From an uncultured bacterium (GTDB taxonomy: Bacteria; Verrucomicrobiota; Verrucomicrobiia; Verrucomicrobiales; DEV007), in the NCBI GenBank assembly GCA_963977015.1, contig CAXBMO010000003.1, forward strand, positions 160,001 through 224,000: DNA of 64,000 nt. Direction: 5' to 3'. Shown piece after piece: positions 55,814 to 64,000 of this stretch (the first letter of the stretch is position 1; the number at the start of each line of letters is the position of its first letter). The notes below the pieces were generated by a model. The model was not told where the DNA came from. It worked only from the letters and a program-made list of their open reading frames with translations, and did not search any database. The position numbers and the translations under genes were made by a program.

Positions 55814-57970
55814 GTGCGACACGTCAAACTCTTCCTCATCGCCGCTGCCGGACTTCTCTTGAGTCCCGAGGCGTGGACCTATCCCCTTTCTGAAGAGCAA
55901 CTGGCTCGCCTTCAGGACTACATTCCAAACACGTTGGCGAAATTGCAGCGTCAGGCCCCCGTGCATATCGCCCTGCTTGGAGACGAAGTCAGTCGAGCGA
56001 GCACTCGGGACGGGATCAACCAGAACGTCCTTCTTTCTCTTCATGGCCATTTCCTGAAGGGACTCGAAAAGGAATTCTATTACACCGGGAGCGTCCGTCT
56101 GATCAATCCGATTGACGGGAATCCGGAAAAGTTAAAAGACCATCAGGGTGAGGAGCTGACGTTTGAACATTTCACCTCGGAAGGAGCCACCAGCCTCAAC
56201 AGTTTGCAATGGCTCACAACCACCGCGTTCTCCTATCAGCCGGATTTGGTTCTGATTAACTTTGGAATCAATGACGCCCTTACCAACCTCACCGTCGATA
56301 CGTTTGAAAGATCCCTTCATGAAGCGATCGCGATCTGTCGGCAGAACGGGGCGGAAGTGCTCGTGATTGGCCCGACCCTGATGCGTCTGGAGAAGCGACC
56401 TTCGCGCTGGGGGCTCACCAGGCTTTATGCAAGCGCCGCAAAAAGAGTCGCGAATGAGAATCATGTCATGTTTTTGGATCCGGGGGACTCTCTCGGTGAC
56501 ACGAGGGCGGCACCAAGTCGCGACGATCCCGCAGAAAACTCGGCCTATGTGACGGAATCGCTTGATATGGAACTTTTCGATTACGGTCCCGACATCGAAG
56601 AAATCAAACTCATCAATGCTGCGGCCCACCAAAAAGCCGGGCGAGGGATTTTTGAGCAGTTTCTCAACGGTGCTCCAACCTCAGATTATTTGACCGAGGG
56701 CACGGCGATCCAGGCTTCACCCAACGTCATCAAGCTGCGACTGCGAATTACCAACGAGGGAGAAGAAACCAAGCTGGGCGCGCTTACTCCGCTCGATATT
56801 GGCCAAGCCTGGCAGCCGATTGAGGAACACTTTCAAATCGAAATACCACCCGGCCAATCGCAGGAGATTGTCGCTTCTTATGAGCGCCAGACCGGGCTGT
56901 TGGATGGGCAAAAATCCGAAGTTCTTCCCCAGCGTGGAAATGGAAAGTCCTTCGCGGCTTCATTTTTTCTCAGTGATCTGGACAGGACTCGCCTTGTCAC
57001 GATCGAAGCGCCTCTCACTCCAATCTCGGTCGTTTGGGATTTGGCTCCACGGCAATCCAAAGGCTCAAGTTTCCCCCTGAAATTTCGGATCAACAACCCG
57101 TCCGATAAGGAGATGACGGGTTCTTATGAGCTCAGTTATTCCAAGCAGCGGGCACGGGGAACGTTCCAGCTCGGGCCGGGTGAAGCCAAGGATTTTTCCG
57201 CCCAATGCGGCCTTCCCCGAGATTCAACCGTGGCGCGTTCTCTTGAGACGGTGTTGCTGAAAATTGAGAGCGGTCCCCACTCCTTCACTTTTGAGCGTGA
57301 ACTCGAGGCGACTCGGAATCTTTCCCTGGCCCAGCCGATTGATCTAAGCCGCCTTGATGAGTATGTGGCAGGAAATTCTGGGCCGATCACGAGAGACAAG
57401 CCAACGGTCAGTCTCAAAACGGACGCACAGCCGGATCGGATCTCCTTCAGTTTCGACATCAAAGGACCTCGATTGGAGAATTCTGATGGGGCGGCATCCA
57501 TTCTTCTCGAGTTGGGGCTCGATGCGCGATCAAAGGACCAGATTCACACGTTGGGATTTATCGAGCCGATGCGGTTCCATTTCTTTCCCGCCCGGGAATC
57601 AGGAATTCTTGAGACCATTCCAGTGGCTGCCTTTGGAAGCGGATATGGGAAGACCGTCGATCCTCGTTTTGTCGAATCGAGCTTTATCAAGAACCCGGGG
57701 AGCGAACATTCCTATACGCTAAAGGTGACCATACCCCGCTCCTTTCTTTACCTTCACGAATGGAAGCTTGGCAGCCCCATGTGTCAGATTGGCCTATCGG
57801 CCGATCTCCGCTTTTTGCGTGCCAATACCGAGACCGGGGAATTCGAATACCCCAGAAACGAAACTTGGGTGCTGAATGGCGTTAATTCCCACAAGACGGA
57901 TCCCCGCTCGTTGGTCACCATGGAGCTGCGGACGCGCCAGCCTGTCGGATGGATGGTGACGCTGAAGTGA
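55814..57970 (+). CDS. Exported SGNH/GDSL-fold protein with degenerate active site plus beta-sandwich domains
   Basis: Block III 'PDLVLINFGIND' intact; block I is 'GDEV'; block V lacks DxxH. Confidence 0.75.
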   Translation: MRHVKLFLIAAAGLLLSPEAWTYPLSEEQLARLQDYIPNTLAKLQRQAPVHIALLGDEVSRASTRDGINQNVLLSLHGHFLKGLEKEFYYTGSVRLINPIDGNPEKLKDHQGEELTFEHFTSEGATSLNSLQWLTTTAFSYQPDLVLINFGINDALTNLTVDTFERSLHEAIAICRQNGAEVLVIGPTLMRLEKRPSRWGLTRLYASAAKRVANENHVMFLDPGDSLGDTRAAPSRDDPAENSAYVTESLDMELFDYGPDIEEIKLINAAAHQKAGRGIFEQFLNGAPTSDYLTEGTAIQASPNVIKLRLRITNEGEETKLGALTPLDIGQAWQPIEEHFQIEIPPGQSQEIVASYERQTGLLDGQKSEVLPQRGNGKSFAASFFLSDLDRTRLVTIEAPLTPISVVWDLAPRQSKGSSFPLKFRINNPSDKEMTGSYELSYSKQRARGTFQLGPGEAKDFSAQCGLPRDSTVARSLETVLLKIESGPHSFTFERELEATRNLSLAQPIDLSRLDEYVAGNSGPITRDKPTVSLKTDAQPDRISFSFDIKGPRLENSDGAASILLELGLDARSKDQIHTLGFIEPMRFHFFPARESGILETIPVAAFGSGYGKTVDPRFVESSFIKNPGSEHSYTLKVTIPRSFLYLHEWKLGSPMCQIGLSADLRFLRANTETGEFEYPRNETWVLNGVNSHKTDPRSLVTMELRTRQPVGWMVTLK

Positions 57971-57972
57971 AT

Positions 57973-59154
57973 TCAAGCATAGGCAGGTGCCTGCCTGACA
58001 CCTTCGGCGACTCGCTGCATCGAATTCGCGCGATGGACCCAGACGCTTTGCATCATCCCGGTTAGGAACATGCAAATCACCAGAAATGTACCGCCGTAGC
58101 TGATGAATGGCAGCGGGATGCCCGTGATCGGCATAATCAGGACATTCATCCCCACATGTTGGAAGATGTGCGCAAAGAAGAGCCCCACAACGCCAACGCA
58201 AATGAGTCGCCCAACCGGGTCCCTGCTGTAGAATCCGATAAACAAGCCCTGAAGGAGCATCAATGCATAACCCGCCAGGAGCAGAATACTCCCCCGGAAG
58301 CCGTGTTCTTCCGCCAATACGGCGAACACAAAGTCGTTGTGTGCCGTTCGTTTCGGGATGAAACCCAGATTATTGATCGTTTTCGGGTTCATGTAACCTC
58401 GTCCATCAAACCCACCAGAACCAACGGCCTTGATGATGTAGCTCGCGGCATAAGCGCTTCCCTGCGTGTCCACTTCCTTACCGGTAAGCATGTCGACAAA
58501 GACTGTAATCCGCTCCTTCTGATGGGGTTTCAGACCAAAGAAAAAGGCCCAGGGAATGAGCATCAAAGCAACCAATGCCACGGTAATGATGTAACGGAAC
58601 GGAATGCTGCCAACGAGCAACATGGCAGCGGCGATCGGCAACCAGACCATGGCGGACCCAAAGTCTCCCTGAAGTAGAACCAAGCCAAACGGGACGATGC
58701 AGACAACGCCCGCGATTCCCAAGCGTAGGAAATGGTTCCGGAAAACCGGGTGAAATTTATGGAGATGCCCCAAAATCAAAGCCGACATGATAATACCCCC
58801 GGCGACCGCAATCTGGGAAGGCTGAAAGGTAAACCCGCCAATTGAGAGCCAACTGTGGTGGCCATGGACATCGTCACCGGAAATAAGCGCCAAGGCGGAT
58901 AAGCCCAAGCCGATGAAATAGAGCGGAACGCCCCCCCAGTAAACCCACCGGTAGTCGATCAAGCTGGCCCCAAAAAAGATGATGGTTCCGACCGCAATCC
59001 ACATGACCTGCTTGTTCCAGGAAGAATCCAATCCGATATCTCCCTTCGTCCATGTTGCTGAGTGGATGCAGAAGATCCCGAAAATGAGCAGCGCAAACAT
59101 GTTCAACACCAGAATCCAGTTTAGTCCGATGAATTTGCGAAGGAGAGGAGTCAT
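57973..59154 (-). CDS. rodA: SEDS peptidoglycan glycosyltransferase RodA
   Basis: 'FQPSQ', 'QGDFGSA', 'AVGSGG..G.G', 'HNDFVF..LAEE.GF', 'MPITGIPLPFISYGG'. Confidence 0.88.
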   Translation of the reverse strand: MTPLLRKFIGLNWILVLNMFALLIFGIFCIHSATWTKGDIGLDSSWNKQVMWIAVGTIIFFGASLIDYRWVYWGGVPLYFIGLGLSALALISGDDVHGHHSWLSIGGFTFQPSQIAVAGGIIMSALILGHLHKFHPVFRNHFLRLGIAGVVCIVPFGLVLLQGDFGSAMVWLPIAAAMLLVGSIPFRYIITVALVALMLIPWAFFFGLKPHQKERITVFVDMLTGKEVDTQGSAYAASYIIKAVGSGGFDGRGYMNPKTINNLGFIPKRTAHNDFVFAVLAEEHGFRGSILLLAGYALMLLQGLFIGFYSRDPVGRLICVGVVGLFFAHIFQHVGMNVLIMPITGIPLPFISYGGTFLVICMFLTGMMQSVWVHRANSMQRVAEGVRQAPAYA

Positions 59155-59202
59155 GGCTTAACAGGTCAAAATTCGACCCATTTCGAAGAAATTCCAATCG
59201 TT

Positions 59203-59988
59203 TTAGCCAACGCCGCTCAAGGAAAGCAGTTGGCGGGTGTATTCGTGCTGAGGGTGGTGAAACAAAACATCAGGAGCCCCGGATTCCAAAAACTGTCCCC
59301 GGCTCATGACGTGGATGTAATCGCTCATGTGATCGACCGCTGCATAATCCCTCGCAAGATAGAGGAGAGTCACCCGCCAATGGAGTTGAACGTCTTTCAG
59401 TGTGTCCAGAATTCGCGCCTGGCTGATCGTGTCGAGATATCGGGTTGGGTCGTCACAGATCAGCATTCGCGGTTGAGCCGCCAGGGCCCGGGCGATACAG
59501 ACGCGCTGACGGTCAAAAAGATTGAGTTCGCTCGGGTAACGTTTCAAAATTGATCCGTCCAAGCCGACGGAGTCCATCAAATAGATCATCCGATCGTGTT
59601 TCTCCTTTCGCCCGAGTTCGCGTTGGTGGAGGCGGAGAACCTCCAGGAACAATCGCCGAACCGTCCAGCCGGGACGAAAGGCATCATCCGGATCGCTGTA
59701 GATCATCTGGATGTCGCCGCGGAGATGCCGAAACCGACGTTCCCTCATCTTCAAGATGAGGCGATCGTTAAAATACACGGCGCCGTCCGTGGGCCGAAAT
59801 ATCTTCAGGATCGTCAGGGCCAGGGTGGTCTTACCGCAACCGGTTTCGCCGGCAATCCCCACCGTCTTTCCCTCTTCCACTTCAAAACTCACGTCTTTGA
59901 CGACGGGATTTTCCATCGTCTGACGAGAAAATAGACCGCCACTTTGATGGTGATGCACCGTAAGGCCCTCGACGCGAAGCAATGCCAT
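59203..59988 (-). CDS. OppF/DppF-like ABC ATP-binding protein with degenerate motifs
   Basis: Walker A 'GETGCGKT' and C-terminal 'PQHEYTRQLL' present; signature, Walker B and H-loop are substituted. Confidence 0.85.
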   Translation of the reverse strand: MALLRVEGLTVHHHQSGGLFSRQTMENPVVKDVSFEVEEGKTVGIAGETGCGKTTLALTILKIFRPTDGAVYFNDRLILKMRERRFRHLRGDIQMIYSDPDDAFRPGWTVRRLFLEVLRLHQRELGRKEKHDRMIYLMDSVGLDGSILKRYPSELNLFDRQRVCIARALAAQPRMLICDDPTRYLDTISQARILDTLKDVQLHWRVTLLYLARDYAAVDHMSDYIHVMSRGQFLESGAPDVLFHHPQHEYTRQLLSLSGVG

Positions 59989-59989
59989 T

Positions 59990-60769
59990 TTATCCTAAAA
60001 ATCCCGTTAATGGGCTGGTTGGTGACGCCTTCCCCAGTTGCTCCCCCAATCCGACCTCGAAAGCCTCTCGGCCGGCTTCGACCGCTTTCGCAAAGGCCTT
60101 TGCCATTCTTCCTGGATCACTGGCGATCGAAATCGCGGTGTTCACCAAGACGGCGTCGGCGCCCATTTCCATCGCTTCCGCCGCGTGACTGGGGGCGCCA
60201 ATTCCGGCGTCCACCACCACAGGAACGGTGGCTTGCTCCAAAATGATTTCAATCTGTCGGCGCGTTTCAATTCCCCGGTTCGACCCAATCGGAGAACCCA
60301 GCGGCATCACGGTGGCAACCCCCACTTCCTGCAATCGTTTCGCCAAGACAGGATCCGCATTGATGTACGGCAAAACCGTAAACCCTTCGTTCACCAAAAT
60401 TTCCGCCGCCTTCAGGGTCTCAATTGGATCAGGTAAAAGATAAACTGGGTCCGGATGGATTTCCAACTTCACCCATTTTGGCAGTCCTGCGGTTGCGGCC
60501 AGCCTGGTAATGCGAACGGCCTCTTCCGCGTTCATCGCTCCGCTGGTGTTCGGCAGAATCAAAAACTTTTCCGGATCCAAATAGTCCAGAATATTGGCAA
60601 ATGGATCGGCCTCCTCCTTCAAGTTCGCGCGCCGTAAAGCCACGGTCACGATTTCGCATCCACTGACATTCAGAGCATCACGCATCGCTTCATTCGACGC
60701 GAACTTTCCAGTCCCGAGAAAAAGTCGAGACTGAAAACTGCGATCGCCAATTTTGAGAGGTGAGGACAT
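59990..60769 (-). CDS. thiG: Thiazole synthase
   Basis: '[10 protein letters not shown]', 'LPNTSGA', 'WVKLEI', 'MPLGSPIGS', 'DAGIG'. Start placed at ATG 60769. Confidence 0.96.
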   Translation of the reverse strand: MSSPLKIGDRSFQSRLFLGTGKFASNEAMRDALNVSGCEIVTVALRRANLKEEADPFANILDYLDPEKFLILPNTSGAMNAEEAVRITRLAATAGLPKWVKLEIHPDPVYLLPDPIETLKAAEILVNEGFTVLPYINADPVLAKRLQEVGVATVMPLGSPIGSNRGIETRRQIEIILEQATVPVVVDAGIGAPSHAAEAMEMGADAVLVNTAISIASDPGRMAKAFAKAVEAGREAFEVGLGEQLGKASPTSPLTGFLG

Positions 60770-60786
60770 GGGCCGCGACACTAGCA

Positions 60787-61539
60787 CTAAATTCCGACTC
60801 TTCTGAATAACTTGTTCAACGGAAGCTGAATCCCGAGATAAAATTCACCAAAATCGGAATAAACGGCATTGATGGGATTGGATCGCATTTGGTAAACGAT
60901 GTCCTTAATCTGACAGGTGTCTTGAGCGAAAAGACTCACCGCCCGTTCCGCATCATCCAGCCCAACCGAGGTCGTCACCAATTGCTGAACACGGCCTTCG
61001 TAGCTCTCCTCAATTGGCTCACAGTCCTGAATCAGCTTTCGTCGTTGATCAAAGGACAATTCATACCAGTTCTGGCCGGGTTCCCGACGATTCATGATGT
61101 TGTAAAACGCCAGGATTGGCCAATCCGGCAAACGCGGATACAGCGAATCCTTTACTCCAACTGACTGCTTTGACGTCGTGTATTCACTGATTTCCGTCAT
61201 CGAGAGGTAGCTGTAGACCGGATTAAGCATATCCGGCCCCAACGATTGGGAAATCCGCTTCTCGAACATGTTCAAGTCGTGCAGGTCCGGCGTCACGAGG
61301 ATAAACCCGATGTCAGCCTTCGGCGACACGATGCTAAAAGTCAGAAACTGCGTGTTCGGGTGGGTGCGAATCTCCTGAGCCAATTCCGTAAGGTTCGTTT
61401 TGGCCTCCAAACGATCCTGATCACTAATCTCAGCCCAATGGGCGTGATCAATCTGGTAAAAGAGATGCAAAAAATGCCATCCTTCGTCAGGAATAAGTTT
61501 CTCTTCCGGGGCTGGAAATGGATCGACGTCTGGACTCAT
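60787..61539 (-). CDS. Chlorite dismutase / coproheme decarboxylase (ChdC/HemQ) family protein, atypical
   Basis: '[10 protein letters not shown]', 'KADIGF', 'SYLSMTE.SEY', 'NWY.L', 'SVGLDD', 'KDIVYQMR', 'FGEFY.G'. The proximal His is absent. Start uncertain (61593 or 61539). Confidence 0.8.
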   Translation of the reverse strand: MSPDVDPFPAPEEKLIPDEGWHFLHLFYQIDHAHWAEISDQDRLEAKTNLTELAQEIRTHPNTQFLTFSIVSPKADIGFILVTPDLHDLNMFEKRISQSLGPDMLNPVYSYLSMTEISEYTTSKQSVGVKDSLYPRLPDWPILAFYNIMNRREPGQNWYELSFDQRRKLIQDCEPIEESYEGRVQQLVTTSVGLDDAERAVSLFAQDTCQIKDIVYQMRSNPINAVYSDFGEFYLGIQLPLNKLFRRVGI

Positions 61540-61693
61540 GGATGGGAATCGGCTAGGGCAGAACTTTCCGTAACCATGGTTGGATTCCCCCAAAGATCAA
61601 CCTTTGGCCGAGCTGTCAAGCCAATCAAAAAAAACCATTGCGCTGAAGGGCAAAAGCATTAACGTCCGCCGCTAATCAACTCACCTTTTTAGA

Positions 61694-61927
61694 ATGGCCG
61701 ATACCGAGAACAAGCAGCCCGAAAACGTCACCGGAGAATACTACGTCGATGATCAATGCATTGATTGCGATCTTTGCCGTGAAACCGCTCCTGATAATTT
61801 CAAGCGCAGCGACGATGCTGGTTATTCGTACGTTTACAAGCAGCCGGAGAATGACGAGGAGCGCGCTCTTTGTGAGGAAGCCCTGGAAGGTTGCCCCGTG
61901 GAAGCGATTGGCGACGACGGCGAATAG
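61694..61927 (+). CDS. Monocluster ferredoxin
   Basis: 'CIDCDLC...CPVEAIG'; 77 aa, acidic. Confidence 0.92.
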   Translation: MADTENKQPENVTGEYYVDDQCIDCDLCRETAPDNFKRSDDAGYSYVYKQPENDEERALCEEALEGCPVEAIGDDGE

Positions 61928-61982
61928 GGACTCCGGTTCACGATTTCCTTGCGGCGCTTTGCTGGGGTGTTAGTGGTTACCC

Positions 61983-62375
61983 ATGGACCCTTCACGCCGA
62001 CGCGAGTTTCAAGCCAAGTGGCAAGCTTGGCAGGAACAATGTGATTCCCGTTGGCGAGGTCGCCGGGAAGCCTTGGAAGGCCGGCCTGCGAAAGATGCGA
62101 GCCAGGACCTGGAAAAGGTCCTTTCCAAATTGGGAATCCAGGAGCGACTCCTTGAAGATCAGATGATCGAAGCCTGGGGTGAGGTCGTTGGGCCTGCTGT
62201 CGCTCACAATACTCGCCCCGTGCAGATCAAACGGGGAGAGTTGGTGGTTGCCGTCACCCAACCTGCGCTAAAATATGATTTGGAGAGATTTCATCGCGGG
62301 GAGATTCTGCGGCGACTCCAAGAGCAATTCGGTACCGCAACCATTCGGAGTTTGAGATTTCGCGTCGGAAACTGA
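61983..62375 (+). CDS. DUF721/DciA-family protein
   Basis: 'W.EVVGP.VA.NTRP..I.RG.L.V.V' and C-terminal 'IRSLRFRVG'. Confidence 0.8.
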   Translation: MDPSRRREFQAKWQAWQEQCDSRWRGRREALEGRPAKDASQDLEKVLSKLGIQERLLEDQMIEAWGEVVGPAVAHNTRPVQIKRGELVVAVTQPALKYDLERFHRGEILRRLQEQFGTATIRSLRFRVGN

Positions 62376-62384
62376 CTTCGCAGA

Positions 62385-63431
62385 ATGTACCGGAATATCA
62401 TCTTCGACTGGTCCGGAACGCTTTGTAATGATCTGCCACCGGTCATTGACACCATCAATCGGATCCTGACGCACCATCAAGTCCAAGAAATTGATGAAGC
62501 GACCTTCCGGGAGGAATTCAAGCTTCCGTTCGGCGATTTCTACCAAAAATGGATTCCCGGAGCTTCCCACAAAGAACTGGAAACACTCTATGTCGACTAC
62601 TTCCCATTGTCGGAGAAAAAGGCGGAACCCATCCCCCATGCTCGCGAGTTCGTTGCTGCGATGCATGCGAACGGTAACCGCCTCTTTATCCTCAGCGCCG
62701 TAACGGCATCCCATTTTCACGAACAAGCGGAGTTGCTGAAGTTCGGCAATTGGTTTGAGGAGCTCTACCTCGAAGTTCGGGACAAACGGCAACGGATCCA
62801 TCACATCCTCGAGACCAAGGGTCTCGATCCTGCCGAGACCTGCTTCATCGGGGATATGTGCCACGACGTCGACACCGCCAATCATGCGGGAATCACTTCC
62901 ATCGCAGTTTTGACCGGATACGACTCAGCTCGAAAATTGGCCGAAAGCGAACCTGATGTCATGGTTGCGCATTTGAACCAACTTCATGATTGGTTCCGCC
63001 GCTCTGATGTGTTTCAACAAGTGCCCGTCTCCACGGTTGGAGCATTGATTTTCGACTCTAAGAACAGGGTCCTGATGCTTCGGTCCCAAAAGTGGCAGAA
63101 CAAATGGGGAATCCCCGGTGGCAAGATTCGTCGCGGAGAGACCAGTTGGGATGCTGTTCACCGGGAAGTGCGTGAGGAAACTGGCATCGATCTGGAATCG
63201 GTTGAATTTCTGCGCACGGACGACTGGATTGATCCGCCGGAGTTCAAGCATCCGGCGCACTTTCTGTTACTTTCCTACACCGGTCGATCCGAGACGACGG
63301 AGGTGAAACTCAACGAAGTGGCGCAAGACTTTGTGTGGCTGGAGCCCGCTGCTGCCCGAGAACTCGACCTCAACACACCGAGTCGTTCGATACTGGAAGA
63401 TTGGTTGGATCGGCAGACTTCCGGGGCCTAA
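62385..63431 (+). CDS. HAD phosphatase-Nudix hydrolase fusion
   Basis: HAD motifs 'FDWSGT' and 'IGDMCHD'; Nudix box 'GGKIRRGETSWDAVHREVREETGI'. Confidence 0.88.
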   Translation: MYRNIIFDWSGTLCNDLPPVIDTINRILTHHQVQEIDEATFREEFKLPFGDFYQKWIPGASHKELETLYVDYFPLSEKKAEPIPHAREFVAAMHANGNRLFILSAVTASHFHEQAELLKFGNWFEELYLEVRDKRQRIHHILETKGLDPAETCFIGDMCHDVDTANHAGITSIAVLTGYDSARKLAESEPDVMVAHLNQLHDWFRRSDVFQQVPVSTVGALIFDSKNRVLMLRSQKWQNKWGIPGGKIRRGETSWDAVHREVREETGIDLESVEFLRTDDWIDPPEFKHPAHFLLLSYTGRSETTEVKLNEVAQDFVWLEPAAARELDLNTPSRSILEDWLDRQTSGA

Positions 63432-63437
63432 CGACCG

Positions 63438-64000
63438 CTAGTTTTGGACTCCGGGAATCATTCCCTCGAGACCGGGAATGGATGGCGCATTGCTGCTGGT
63501 TGCTTCCCCACCCTCTTCTTCCTCGGGATCCTTCATCAGCTCAGAACGATTCTTGTTGATGCTGTCGGCAACAAATCCTCTCACCTTGTAAACGTGACCA
63601 ACGAGTGATTTCTCAAGCTTGAGTTTCTCTGTCCATTTCGTTTTCTGCTCCTGGAATTCCTTTTCTGCAGCCTCCTTATCCTCATCGCTTTCCCCTTCGA
63701 CAGCGGTGCGCTCTTTGGGGAGATCTGCTTCCACGCTTCCCAGCGCCAGCAAATACTCATTCTCATCGTTCTTCTCGCTCAGTTTCACCGAGTACTTGAA
63801 TCCCTCGAACGTCTCCACCTTGAACTCGACGTGGTTCGGCGCCTTCGCTTCGTCACCGATCAGAACATCCTCAAAACTGGGACTGGAAAACGCATTCTTC
63901 ATGCTGCTCACTTTGGTGGAATCAATTTCCTCGCCTTCCTTGGCACCCTCCAACGTGAAGTCACCTTTTTCGTCGGTTCGAACCAACTTCCATCCCTCCT
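63438..64000 (-). CDS. DUF4340-like protein, C-terminal part (start outside the window)
   Basis: Frame is open to the right edge ('EGWKLVR...'); 'VETFEGFKY', 'GHVYKV', 'K.RSEL'. Family call is tentative. Confidence 0.6.
   Translation of the reverse strand, partial: EGWKLVRTDEKGDFTLEGAKEGEEIDSTKVSSMKNAFSSPSFEDVLIGDEAKAPNHVEFKVETFEGFKYSVKLSEKNDENEYLLALGSVEADLPKERTAVEGESDEDKEAAEKEFQEQKTKWTEKLKLEKSLVGHVYKVRGFVADSINKNRSELMKDPEEEEGGEATSSNAPSIPGLEGMIPGVQN

Noticed and set aside
60770-60800. TPP riboswitch upstream of thiG
   Set aside because: Only 17 nt separate thiG from the upstream stop codon, and no TPP consensus is visible.

Overview
Gene-dense chromosomal window (roughly mid-50s % GC by eye) that looks like Verrucomicrobiota: it has Verru_Chthon pilin-like cassettes, DUF1501, CehA/McbA and PQQ-like beta-propeller proteins. 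It holds about 55 CDS and one tRNA-Phe(GAA). I saw no rRNA, CRISPR array, transposase or integrase. Housekeeping genes include rsmB, queE, thiG, rodA, an LpxL-type acyltransferase, a DciA/DUF721 protein and a ferredoxin. The best candidate for an undescribed system is a seven-gene minus-strand operon (11255-21023). It encodes two exported PQQ-like propellers, a DUF3311-like protein plus Na+:solute symporter, an EhpF/LuxE-like adenylating enzyme, an ALDH-fold reductase lacking the general-base Glu, and an Fe-dependent alcohol dehydrogenase. This suggests import of an unknown carboxylic acid and its reduction to an alcohol. Other notable items are three tandem secreted paralogues with a shared SH3-like domain, two minor-pilin cassettes plus a mini-secretin, an orphan Cap12-type TIR fusion, an aegerolysin-like small protein and a signal-peptide-bearing PD-(D/E)XK protein. 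There is also a group of apparent pseudo-enzymes: an SGNH hydrolase, an ABC ATPase, and a ChdC/HemQ homologue with its proximal His replaced by Cys. All family calls come from recognising motifs by eye; no database searches were run.
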